DNA from: Hyphomicrobium sp.
GTDB lineage: Bacteria; Pseudomonadota; Alphaproteobacteria; Rhizobiales; Hyphomicrobiaceae
NCBI RefSeq assembly: GCF_020852195.1
Contig: NZ_JADZBI010000137.1
Coordinates: 3,433-67,432, forward strand
Reading direction: 5' to 3'
Length of the DNA: 64,000 nucleotides
The number at the start of each line of letters is the position of its first letter. The stretch's first letter is position 1. The notes beneath the pieces are model-generated. The model was not told where the DNA came from, did not search any database, and worked only from the letters and a program-made list of their open reading frames with translations. Below are positions 10,124 to 18,996 of this stretch, in pieces. A program made the translations under genes and the position numbers.

Positions 10124-10318
10124 CTACTCGCGCATCATCGTCTCTTTGAGGCCGGAGTCGTTTCCTCTCCAGCGGGCGACGGCCTTGCGACGGCGCTCGA
10201 GCTCCTCCGTCCAGGGATAGCGGATCGGCGGCAGCTCGGCCGTACGGTCTCTCAGGTGAAGGTAGGTGACAGTCGACCCTGTCTTCGTATGGTTGGAAGG
10301 AGCGGCTGAGTTGTTCAT
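10124..10318 (-). CDS. Possible small hypothetical protein, 64 aa
   Basis: Intergenic ORF with GGAG about 11 nt upstream. No family recognised. Confidence 0.3.
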   Translation of the reverse strand: MNNSAAPSNHTKTGSTVTYLHLRDRTAELPPIRYPWTEELERRRKAVARWRGNDSGLKETMMRE

Positions 10319-10600
10319 GAGGCGAATACTCCGTAACGCTTCATTGGCTCAGTTGCCCGGCGTCAACGCTGCGGCCGGTCGCCGGTTCCCCCCTCGTCTC
10401 TCTTCAAATGCTCTGCGGTTTTCACCTTCCGGTGCATACCCTCGTGCGATGGAGTAAATACCGGCTCACGCGCGCGGCAAAGTGAAAATCGATGATATAT
10501 TCTTCACATCGATGACGCGCTGCGAAAGGAATGCGGCGCTCGCCACGGAATTGCCGCAGTTCCATTCGGAAAACCTCACGCCGCCTCGGGGAAGACCACG

Positions 10601-11350
10601 ATGACCGGGTTCGTACGCCTCTCAGCCGCTGGATCGGGCGTGCTCGAGGACTGGGGGCCGATGCCCAAGGACGATCTCATCGCCGGAACGGGGCAGCAGT
10701 ACGGCCATCTGTGGCTCGATGACACGGCCTCGGGGCTGATGGTGGGCGTCTGGGCGTGCTCGCCGATGACCGGGCGCATGGGGCCGTGGTCGACGAACGA
10801 GGTGATGATCCTGCTCGAAGGGGCCGTGACGATCGACCACGCCGACGGCAGCCGGCTCGACGTGACGGCCGGGGAGGCCTTCTTCATTCCGAAAGGTACC
10901 GTCTGCTCCTGGCGCCAGGAGGGCGATCTTAGGAAGTTCTTTGTCATACACAGCGACAGCTCGGGATACGTGCCGGAGAACACCGGAGCGCTGCGGGCGC
11001 GCAAGATCGACCCGGCCGCGCCGCTCATGCCGGCCGAGGGTCCGGACGCGGCTCTCCTGCAAGGCCCGCCGCCCACCTGCCGCGAGGCGATCGCGTTCAC
11101 ATACCTCACGGGCCAGCTCACGGCCGGAGTCTGGTCGGCCACGCCCTATCGGCGCACGGCGCAACCCTTTTCGCGCCACGAGCTGATGCACATTCTCGAA
11201 GGAACGGTGACGCTCGACGACGGCGCGGGGCGCACGGAGACGTTCGCTCAGGGGGAAACGTGCTTCGTGCCCAAGGGGGCCTCGGTCGGCTGGAGCAGCG
11301 CCACGCCGGTCAAGAAGCTCTTCTGCAGCTTCACGCCCAAAGAAGCGTAG
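10601..11350 (+). CDS. Tandem cupin (EutQ/DUF861-like) protein
   Basis: Two copies of GVWxxxP...E.M.ILEG.VT.....G......GE..F.PKG....W. Confidence 0.85.
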   Translation: MTGFVRLSAAGSGVLEDWGPMPKDDLIAGTGQQYGHLWLDDTASGLMVGVWACSPMTGRMGPWSTNEVMILLEGAVTIDHADGSRLDVTAGEAFFIPKGTVCSWRQEGDLRKFFVIHSDSSGYVPENTGALRARKIDPAAPLMPAEGPDAALLQGPPPTCREAIAFTYLTGQLTAGVWSATPYRRTAQPFSRHELMHILEGTVTLDDGAGRTETFAQGETCFVPKGASVGWSSATPVKKLFCSFTPKEA

Positions 11351-11360
11351 GGGGCTCCTC

Positions 11361-11394
11361 AAAAACAAAGCGGCGGCCGCTTCGCGACCGCCGC
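11361..11394 (-). terminator. Rho-independent terminator downstream of pqqA
   Basis: GCGGCGGTC/GGCCGCCGC stem followed by TTTGTTTTT on the minus strand. Confidence 0.7.
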
Positions 11395-11421
11395 ACGATC
11401 TATGCAGAGTGTGATCGCGCC

Positions 11422-11511
11422 TTAGATCAGGTCGATCTCAGCCGGCAGATACGAGGTTACCTCGAGGCCGACTTCCTGCTCGCGAACCGAGGGCTTCATC
11501 CAGGTCTTCAT
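11422..11511 (-). CDS. pqqA: PQQ precursor peptide PqqA (MKTWMKPSVREQEVGLEVTSYLPAEIDLI)
   Basis: 29 aa with the invariant E-x-x-x-Y core (GLEVTSY) and an AAGGAG RBS. Confidence 0.92.
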   Translation of the reverse strand: MKTWMKPSVREQEVGLEVTSYLPAEIDLI

Positions 11512-11691
11512 GGTCTTCTCCTTGGGTTGTAGCGGATTTATGCGATCCGCCCGACTTATAGCGAAACCATACCCTGACCCGCACCCGTCCGGCCAATCGT
11601 ATTTTCCGAGAGGCCTCATAAGTGGCACTGATGCTATGGTGTAACACTTGCGGCCTGGACGACACGCCGTTCGCTCCGCGCCGGCCGTAGA

Positions 11692-12165
11692 TCAGGCCAG
11701 AGGCGCCGGACGGCGCGGGACCACAAGGCGCGCGGTCATGATCTGCAGCACCTCGCCCGCCTGATTCCGAGTCTCGCTGCGCACGGTGACCATGCCGCGG
11801 TTCAGGCGCGAGGTGGAGGGCTTGGCCGCAATCACCTCCGAAACGACGGTCAGCTCATCACCGGGGCGCGTGGGACGCGGCCACTGCACCTCGCCACCGG
11901 CGCCGATCACGCCGCCGGCAATCGGCAGCCCGCTCGTCACGAGGAGGCGCATGGTTAGCGCGGCCGTGTGCCAGCCGCTCGCCACGAGCTCCCCGAAAAA
12001 GGTGTTCGCTGCCGCGGCCTCGTCGAGGTGGAAAGGTTGCGGATCGAAGCGTGCTGCGAATTCCTTGATCGCGGCCGCATCGATGACGAGCGATCCTGTC
12101 GTCACGCGCCGGCCGACGGGCAGGTCCTCGAAATATAGCGGTTGGACGGTTTGATCGCCGCTCAT
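11692..12165 (-). CDS. MaoC family dehydratase (hotdog fold)
   Basis: YFEDL, FDPQPFHLD, ASGWHTAA and RPGD motifs. Confidence 0.88.
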   Translation of the reverse strand: MSGDQTVQPLYFEDLPVGRRVTTGSLVIDAAAIKEFAARFDPQPFHLDEAAAANTFFGELVASGWHTAALTMRLLVTSGLPIAGGVIGAGGEVQWPRPTRPGDELTVVSEVIAAKPSTSRLNRGMVTVRSETRNQAGEVLQIMTARLVVPRRPAPLA

Positions 12166-12255
12166 GGCGTTGCGCGCTCCCGGCTGGTGGCGGTGGCGCG
12201 GAGTTCAAACGCGGCGCGCGGCATTGGATAGGGGACATAGCGCCGCGCAAGGCTG

Positions 12256-13530
12256 CTATCGCTGGTAGCCGGGCGGCAGCTTGCGCCACGCATAGCCGGC
12301 CTTGCCCTTGCGGTAGCCGTACTCGAACAGGGTGTTCATGTAGATGCGGTCGAACGGACCCTTGTAGGGCTCGGTGAACTCATCCTCGAGGTAGGCGAGA
12401 TTGAAATCCACGCCGTCGCGCTGCGCCGTCAGATAGATGCGGTAGAGATCGTTGACCGCGTTGGCCGCCGTCATTGTGGAGATGGCCTGGCCGGCGATGG
12501 CGAGCGTCTGCCGCTTCACCGATGCCTCGGCGCGGAACAGGCGGCCGTTGCGTATGATGTAGGCGATGTCCTTATGGTGCGGGCGCATGCGGTCGACGGT
12601 TTTCAGCTTCAGCGACGGCGGATAGAGGAAAACCTGGGCCATGGCGCCGCCGTCCACGTGCATCTCCTCGTAGCGTTTGCCGTCGACGGTGACGTCGAGC
12701 ATGACGGGCGGGAAGGCGCCCGGGATCGAGGCCGAGGCGCGCAACACCTCGATGATCAGCTCGCGCGCCCGCGGATCGGTGCTCTTGGCGATGGCGCCGA
12801 TGTTCCAGATGATGGAGCGGGCCTGGTCGAGGTTCGTGGTGGCGATCAGGAGCAGGCGCCCCTTGTCGTATTCCTCGGCGATGCGCCGGACCATCTCCTG
12901 ATCGACGTAGCTCGCGATCAGGCGCTTGAGCGGGGCCGTATCGACCGCGGAGTCGCTCGACAGGATGGCAAGCAATGGCTCCGTGTTGAAGATGTCCCCG
13001 GCGCTGGTCTCGGGGTAGACGCGCTTCAGCTGCTCGTCGTAGTCGGAGCCCAGGAACGCGAACGGAGCCGACAACGCACCCGTGCTGATACCGGTCACGA
13101 CCGCAAACTGCGGGCGGTCGCCGCGCGCCGTCCATCCGACCAGGAGGCCTGCTCCGTATGCGCCGTCGTCTCCGCCGCCCGAGATGGCGAGGAAGTGCGT
13201 CGGCGGCACCTGCTTGATACCTTGCGCCGCGCGGTATGCGTGCGCCTTCGAGACCATCTCGTAGGCGAGCGCCCTGAAGACCGCAGGGTCGCCGTCGGCG
13301 TAGAAGCGTGCGTAGGGGATATCGAGCGGCTTGATCTCAGAGGCAAGCGCGAGGGGCACGGCCGGCAGCCTGTCCAGGCTCGCGCAGGCGGATAGGATGA
13401 CCGCGACAAGCAGGCCAGGAGCGACAGCCCATAGGGGGGTGAAGCTAGGCGCGCCGTCCCGTCCGGCGCACAGCCTCCCCTCCTTCCGGCCCTTTGCTAC
13501 GCAAGACATCCGAACGCCGGTATTCTCCAC
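12256..13530 (-). CDS. Patatin-like phospholipase lipoprotein; true start probably downstream of 13530
   Basis: Lipobox LSAC, oxyanion motif SGGGDDGAYG, nucleophile GISTG and catalytic DGG. Confidence 0.88.
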   Translation of the reverse strand: MENTGVRMSCVAKGRKEGRLCAGRDGAPSFTPLWAVAPGLLVAVILSACASLDRLPAVPLALASEIKPLDIPYARFYADGDPAVFRALAYEMVSKAHAYRAAQGIKQVPPTHFLAISGGGDDGAYGAGLLVGWTARGDRPQFAVVTGISTGALSAPFAFLGSDYDEQLKRVYPETSAGDIFNTEPLLAILSSDSAVDTAPLKRLIASYVDQEMVRRIAEEYDKGRLLLIATTNLDQARSIIWNIGAIAKSTDPRARELIIEVLRASASIPGAFPPVMLDVTVDGKRYEEMHVDGGAMAQVFLYPPSLKLKTVDRMRPHHKDIAYIIRNGRLFRAEASVKRQTLAIAGQAISTMTAANAVNDLYRIYLTAQRDGVDFNLAYLEDEFTEPYKGPFDRIYMNTLFEYGYRKGKAGYAWRKLPPGYQR

Positions 13531-13647
13531 TCCGCATGGTGAGGCAATCTGCCGGCCTTATGTCATTGTTATGGCTTAAGCGAGCTTATGGTTAGCCGCA
13601 GCGGAGCGCGGGGGCCGGCCGGGCCAGCTTTCAATGGGGAACTGCCG

Positions 13648-14379
13648 ATGTGGTCGCACGGCGAAACACGGGTGCTTGCGGCTACGGGCGTGGATCTCAA
13701 TGTGACCGACGGCGGGTGGGCGTTCGCCGACCGGAGCCGGGAGGAGATCGACCAGCACTGGGAACTGCGGACACACGAGAAACCGGGATTTTTCAACGGT
13801 GTCGTGCATCTCATGACGGAGTGCGCCCTTTCCGCGGGCGGCATGTTCTCGGCGCGCTTCGTGCGCACCGACTTCAAGAGCTTCCTCTACTGGCGCGAGA
13901 CGGGGTGGTGCGATCAGAGCGTCATGGACGCGTTCGGCTCGGCGCTCATTCTTTCTGCAGACGGACAGGTGCTGCTGGGGCGCCAGAGCGCCGGGCACCT
14001 CAACAGCGGCCTCTGCTACCCGCCAAGCGGCTTCATCGACGTGCGCGACATCGGGCCTGACGGGCGCATCGACATCGACGGCAGCGTCGCGCGCGAGATC
14101 GCCGAGGAAACGGGGCTCGCCGCGCCCGCGATTGCGCGGACCGGCGGCTACGTGCTGACCTTCGCAGGCCCCGTGCTTTCGATCGCCGTCCCCTACCGCT
14201 CGCCGCTCCCTGGCGCGGCGCTGCTAAAGGATGCTGCGCGGCACATCTCGGCGGAGGCGGACAGCGAGCTTGCCGACCTTGTGCTCGCCGCGCCGGGCGA
14301 CGCGGCGGCCGGGCTTCCCATGCCGGACTACGCGCGGGTGCTGCTCGGCCACCTCCCCGGCCTGAAATCCCTGGCCTGA
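13648..14379 (+). CDS. NUDIX hydrolase; start 13588 or 13648
   Basis: Nudix-like box SGFID...VAREIAEETGL. Confidence 0.8.
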   Translation: MWSHGETRVLAATGVDLNVTDGGWAFADRSREEIDQHWELRTHEKPGFFNGVVHLMTECALSAGGMFSARFVRTDFKSFLYWRETGWCDQSVMDAFGSALILSADGQVLLGRQSAGHLNSGLCYPPSGFIDVRDIGPDGRIDIDGSVAREIAEETGLAAPAIARTGGYVLTFAGPVLSIAVPYRSPLPGAALLKDAARHISAEADSELADLVLAAPGDAAAGLPMPDYARVLLGHLPGLKSLA

Positions 14380-14449
14380 GGCGCCGCCCCGCTTGGAGCG
14401 AGGAGGCGGATAGGGCAGAGTGCGCGCGCTTCAACGCGGGGGAGACTAC

Positions 14450-15361
14450 ATGGCGCTCAAGTTCCATACGCTCGACGTGTTCACCGACCGGCGCTTCGGC
14501 GGCAACCCGCTGGCGGTCGTGCTCGATGCCGATGGGGTCAGCGAAGCCGAGATGCAGAAGATCGCGCGGGAGTTCAACCTCTCCGAGACGGTCTTCGTGC
14601 AGACGCCGACGCGCCCGGCGCATTCGGCCAAGATGCGCATCTTCACGCCCAGGAGCGAGATCCCGTTCGCGGGCCATCCGACCGTCGGTACGGCGGTGCT
14701 GCTCGCGGAGCTCAATGCGCCGGTACACAACGGCGAGCAGGACGCGCTGATCGTGCTCGAGCAGAACATCGGTACGGTGCGCGTTGGGGCCCGTTTGCGG
14801 GCGGGTGCCGCCGCGTTCGCCGAGTTCGACGCACCAAAGCTTCCGGCCGAGGCCGGCGCGCTGCCGCCAGACGACATCCTGGCGGCGGGGCTCGGCCTCA
14901 TCCCGAGCGAGGTCGGGTTCGAGAACCACGTGCCGCTCTGCTATGCGGCGGGCACCACGTTCGCCTTCGTGCCCGTGGTCTCGCTGGAGGCGATCGGACG
15001 AGCGCGCGTCAACGGCGCGCACTGGGAGCGGGCCTTCGAGCAGCAAGGTGTCTCCGGCGTCTACGTCTATACGCGCCAGTGCACGCACACGAGCAGCGCC
15101 TTCCATGTGCGCATGTTCGCGCCGCAGGTCGGCATCGCGGAGGACCCGGCCACGGGATCGGCAGCCGTGGGCCTCGCCGGCATCGTGCACCAGTTCGACG
15201 GCCTGCCGGACGGTACGCACCGCCGCATCGTCGAGCAGGGCTACGAGATGGGCCGTCCGAGCCAGATCGTGCTGACGCTCGTGGTGGCCGGCGGCAAGCT
15301 CACGACGGTCAGGATCGGCGGCTCGGCCGTACGCGTGTCGGAAGGGACGATCGAGGTCTGA
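14450..15361 (+). CDS. PhzF family epimerase/isomerase
   Basis: DVFTDRRFGGNPLAV, NLSETVF, EIPFAGHPTVG and EDPATGSA motifs. Confidence 0.93.
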   Translation: MALKFHTLDVFTDRRFGGNPLAVVLDADGVSEAEMQKIAREFNLSETVFVQTPTRPAHSAKMRIFTPRSEIPFAGHPTVGTAVLLAELNAPVHNGEQDALIVLEQNIGTVRVGARLRAGAAAFAEFDAPKLPAEAGALPPDDILAAGLGLIPSEVGFENHVPLCYAAGTTFAFVPVVSLEAIGRARVNGAHWERAFEQQGVSGVYVYTRQCTHTSSAFHVRMFAPQVGIAEDPATGSAAVGLAGIVHQFDGLPDGTHRRIVEQGYEMGRPSQIVLTLVVAGGKLTTVRIGGSAVRVSEGTIEV

Positions 15362-15365
15362 GCCG

Positions 15366-16169
15366 CTATTCCGCCGCGCGATCCTCGTCCTCGGCGGATG
15401 ACGTCCAACCTGCGTTTCTCAAGCCGGCATACATCGGGGTACGGATCTCGCGGATGAGCTTGCGTCGCACCGCCTCAGTGTAGCTCTCGATGGCGGTGAC
15501 CGGCTCGACGAAGGCGTAGGGGCCGCCGATCACAGCCTGCTCGAAGTATTCGATCAAGACCCGCGGATCCGTCTCTCGCTCCGGCCCTGCGACAACGCCG
15601 TCGAGGAGCCCCTTGTAGACGATGGGCAGGCCGTTGATGGTTACGCCGGCCGAGAGCAGTTCGGAGCGGACAAGCGCGAGGTCGGGACCCTTGTTTTGTA
15701 CACCGTCGCCCGAGATATTGATCACGCGCCGCGTCGCGGAATAGCCGCTTGCCAGCAGAAGATCGTATGACCGCAACAGCGCGCTGCTGATCGACGTGCC
15801 CCGGTTGAAGCGCGCCGGTCTATTTTTCTCCAGGCGCCGCGCGAAGCGGTGTGCACTCTCGGCGTCCTCGATCAGCGACCAGGGCACAACGACCCTGTGC
15901 CGGCCTGCTCCGCCCCACTCGATATAGGCAACGGCAATGCGCCCGACGGGTCCGCTTTGGATCGCGCTCAGGATATCCGGATGGCGGAACGCATGGACAA
16001 AGCCCTCCTGCTGCAGGCGCGTCTCCTCGCGATCCATCGATACGGAGACATCGGCGGCGATGACGATCTCGACATCGACCAGGGTCTGCGCGCGACTTTC
16101 CGCGGGCAGCAGCACCATGCAAAGAAGCATCGCTGCGGTGCATATGCCGTTTGCGGATCTTTCTCTCAT
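15366..16169 (-). CDS. Second DUF1194 (vWA-like) secreted protein
   Basis: IVIAADVSVSMD, VINISGDG, VTINGLPI and VIGGPYAF motifs after a signal peptide. Start chosen at ATG 16169. Confidence 0.85.
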   Translation of the reverse strand: MRERSANGICTAAMLLCMVLLPAESRAQTLVDVEIVIAADVSVSMDREETRLQQEGFVHAFRHPDILSAIQSGPVGRIAVAYIEWGGAGRHRVVVPWSLIEDAESAHRFARRLEKNRPARFNRGTSISSALLRSYDLLLASGYSATRRVINISGDGVQNKGPDLALVRSELLSAGVTINGLPIVYKGLLDGVVAGPERETDPRVLIEYFEQAVIGGPYAFVEPVTAIESYTEAVRRKLIREIRTPMYAGLRNAGWTSSAEDEDRAAE

Positions 16170-16324
16170 TAACCTTTTCCCCGACGTAGAAGGATCGACG
16201 TTTTCGGACCGACTTCTCAGCAGGCGGAGTTTGGAAAACGATTGTTGTTTGAATATTTGAAACATGGGGCCGAATATGTGCCCGCCCGGTGCGTCGGGAG
16301 CCGGTACAAAAAGTACGGGGGGAC

Positions 16325-17866
16325 ATGGAGCAGCGGCGCTATGGCGATCTGGTCTTTGACAAGACCCTCCTCTTCGCCGAACGCGGCAAGAGCGAGCAGC
16401 TGCGCTTCACGCGCTATGAGCGCGCGCTTCTCAAGCTCTTCATGCAGAACCCCAACAGGCCTCTCAGTCGGGCACACATCCTCGACGCGATCACACACAC
16501 AGGCTCCGACATCTCCGACCGCAACGTCGATTTTCTCGTCAACCGCCTGAGGGCGAAGCTCGGCGACAGTGCGCGGGCGCCCCGCTTCATCGCAACGCAG
16601 TACGGCGAAGGCTATGTCTGGATCGCCAAACAGGAGGAGAGCGTCAGTGCTTTCGTGGTCATCGGCCCGTGCTACGGCATGCGGCACGAGCCCACGGCCG
16701 CGAGGGCCGGTCCGATGCTCGCCGGACTGGCCAAGGCGCTCGACGCCGTCACGGGGCAAAAGCACGGCATCGTCATCAAGCCGGACTGGTCATCCGATGC
16801 GAATACTTCGGGCTCGGTCTCCTACTCGCTCGACGCGAGCCTGCATGAGGACATCGGCCGGCTGCACGGTGCCTTCGTGCTTCGCGACGGGCGGTCGGGG
16901 CAGATCCTGCAGGCGTTCCGGATGGCCTTAGCGAGCGCGCCTCAGGACAACGAGATCCGCGCGCTTGCAACGTGCATCAAGGACGCAATCTGGGCGCATC
17001 GCGCGCTCCCTTCGCCGTCCCCGCTCGCGCCGGTCGACAGGCCGCTGGAATTGCGCATGCACGATGCTGCCCTGCTCCTCTCCCGCGCGCCCGAGAGCTG
17101 GCAGGAAGCCGGCGCGCAGATCGAGAGAGCGCGTGCGGCCAATCCCGACGATCCTGCGCTCGCCATCATGCGTGGGCTCGCCCTCTACGCCAGCCTGATC
17201 CAGGTTCCCCGCCCGGCCGAGGAGTGGGAGGCAATCGAAGCCGAGATCGAGGATCTCGTGCTCGGCTCGCTCTCCGCCATCCAAGACAATCCCCTGCTCG
17301 TGCTCGGCGCGGCGAAGCTGCTGTTCTTCATCGACCGCGGTCACTTCGAGCTGGCCGATCGACTTGCCGAAGAGGCCTTCGAGAGAAGCACCGCGTTTGC
17401 CGCCGCCTTTGCCACGCGCGCGCAGATACGCATGTACCAGGGCGATTTCGTCGAGGCGCGTCTGCTCTACGACAAGGCCATCGAGCTCGCCGAGCCCGGC
17501 TCGGAGTTTCTGGTCTATTTGAAAGTGCTCAAGACAACGCTGGCATTGGCCGCTAACGACCGCGCCATGGTCGATGTGCTCGGTGCCGAACTCTACGCCA
17601 TCAATCCGGCAATCCTTGCCAAGATCGGGCTGTTCATTGTGGACCCCGAGGCACAGAAGCTGCCCGACCATCTCGAAGCGCTGCTCGCATCTTTCGGCGA
17701 GGCGCGCGCGCATCAGATCATCCTCTTTCTCTACAATGTTTCGGCGCGCCACTTCCATGCCGCCAAACACCGCGAGAACGTCATGCGCGGCCTCATCACA
17801 CACATGATACGCCACTATGGCGAGGGCATCGTACCGGATCTCGTCGGGCGTGGGCTTCGCGGTTGA
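16325..17866 (+). CDS. OmpR/PhoB-type winged-helix plus TPR transcriptional regulator, no receiver domain
   Basis: N-terminal LSRAHILD...DRNVDFLVNRLRAKLGD...FIATQYGEGY, followed by helical TPR-like repeats. Confidence 0.8.
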   Translation: MEQRRYGDLVFDKTLLFAERGKSEQLRFTRYERALLKLFMQNPNRPLSRAHILDAITHTGSDISDRNVDFLVNRLRAKLGDSARAPRFIATQYGEGYVWIAKQEESVSAFVVIGPCYGMRHEPTAARAGPMLAGLAKALDAVTGQKHGIVIKPDWSSDANTSGSVSYSLDASLHEDIGRLHGAFVLRDGRSGQILQAFRMALASAPQDNEIRALATCIKDAIWAHRALPSPSPLAPVDRPLELRMHDAALLLSRAPESWQEAGAQIERARAANPDDPALAIMRGLALYASLIQVPRPAEEWEAIEAEIEDLVLGSLSAIQDNPLLVLGAAKLLFFIDRGHFELADRLAEEAFERSTAFAAAFATRAQIRMYQGDFVEARLLYDKAIELAEPGSEFLVYLKVLKTTLALAANDRAMVDVLGAELYAINPAILAKIGLFIVDPEAQKLPDHLEALLASFGEARAHQIILFLYNVSARHFHAAKHRENVMRGLITHMIRHYGEGIVPDLVGRGLRG

Positions 17867-17969
17867 GCCAAGGTCCGGGCGAGCTTGGCCCTTGGCGATC
17901 CCGCTCGCCCGCAACCGGCGCACTTGTCTTTCCGGCCGATGCGCCCTTATCAGCGAAAGGCCGCCGTTT

Positions 17970-18515
17970 CTATTTCGGTTCTCCGGATCCGCACTCGGAC
18001 ATGGCAGGCATGGCAGCCTTGATCTCCTCGACCGTCATGTCCTTGACGTGGGTCGCCACCGACCACCTGTGCCCGAACGGATCCTCGATCTGGCCATAGC
18101 GATCGCCCCAGAACGCGTCGCCCACCGGCATCACCACCGTCGCGCCCGCCTTCACCGCCCGCTCGACGAAGGCGTCGACGTCGGGGACGTTGAGATGGAT
18201 GGTAACCGGCGTGCCCTTGAGCGCCTTGGGCCCGAGCGAGCCCATGCCGGGGAACTCGTCGACGAGCATGACGGGAGACCCGCCGATGGTGATGGACGCG
18301 TGCCACAAGCTGCCATCCGGCCCCTCGAGGCGCATGATCTCCTCCGCCGCGAATGCCTTCTTGTAAAAGTCGATGGCCTTGGCCGCGCCGGCGCAGACGA
18401 GATGCGGCGTCACGGTCGGCATCTTGCGGGAATCCCATTTCCCCTTCGCGGTTTTGCCGCTTTCGGCCGAGCTTGCTTTCTCTGCCGGACGTGCCTTGGT
18501 TGCTGCTTTCGCCAT
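17970..18515 (-). CDS. VOC/PhnB-like glyoxalase family protein
   Basis: VTPHL, AIDFYKKAF, DAFWGDRYGQIEDPFGHRWSVATH. Confidence 0.92.
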   Translation of the reverse strand: MAKAATKARPAEKASSAESGKTAKGKWDSRKMPTVTPHLVCAGAAKAIDFYKKAFAAEEIMRLEGPDGSLWHASITIGGSPVMLVDEFPGMGSLGPKALKGTPVTIHLNVPDVDAFVERAVKAGATVVMPVGDAFWGDRYGQIEDPFGHRWSVATHVKDMTVEEIKAAMPAMSECGSGEPK

Positions 18516-18768
18516 GGCGTACTCCTTCCCTGAGTTGTCTAACCCATTGATCCAAGAGGCGACGCCGTCGGGCGCGCGGCTCCCGTGCCTGGAAGACGAA
18601 CGAGCGGAACCGCATCCGACATCGGAAGCCGGCCGGAATGAAGGCGGGAGGCTGGATGGGCGTTTACCGCTCAGTGACCCTTCGACCCGCCCCCCTTGCG
18701 CTCCGGGGGTGGATTCGCGTAAGTGTCAACGGCATAGACGAGTTTTATGGCCCGAGACCTGCTCGCCC

Positions 18769-18879
18769 ATGAGCCCGATGTTTGGCAGCCCCGACACAAA
18801 CCCGACCGGCGCTTCTGCGCCCGGCCGCGTCGGCGCGCCCGCGTCCGGCCTCCTGACCCTCCTCCTTATCAGCCCCTGA
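18769..18879 (+). CDS. Leu-rich leader peptide of leuA (36 aa, ends GLLTLLLISP)
   Basis: Short ORF ending 118 nt before leuA, with 5 Leu codons in 6 positions near its stop. Confidence 0.7.
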   Translation: MSPMFGSPDTNPTGASAPGRVGAPASGLLTLLLISP

Positions 18880-18920
18880 GAACCGGGGGCCCGGCAATGC
18901 GCCGGGCAGGTGCTCAGGGG
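18873..18920 (+). promoter_or_regulatory. leuA attenuator-like nested hairpin
   Basis: Outer stem CCCCTGAG/CTCAGGGG encloses inner stem GCCCGGC/GCCGGGC and overlaps the leader stop. No U-tract. Confidence 0.65.
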
Positions 18921-18996
18921 ACCCGAGACGCACGCTGATAGGATCTCCGCCAGCAACCGCTATGACGGGCTGGTCACTGAGGAAGGACCACGTTTC

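Noticed and set aside
10249-10262. CTCTCAGG as part of a glycine riboswitch
   Set aside because: The upstream GGAGA and CCGAAG elements and the tandem aptamer layout are missing.
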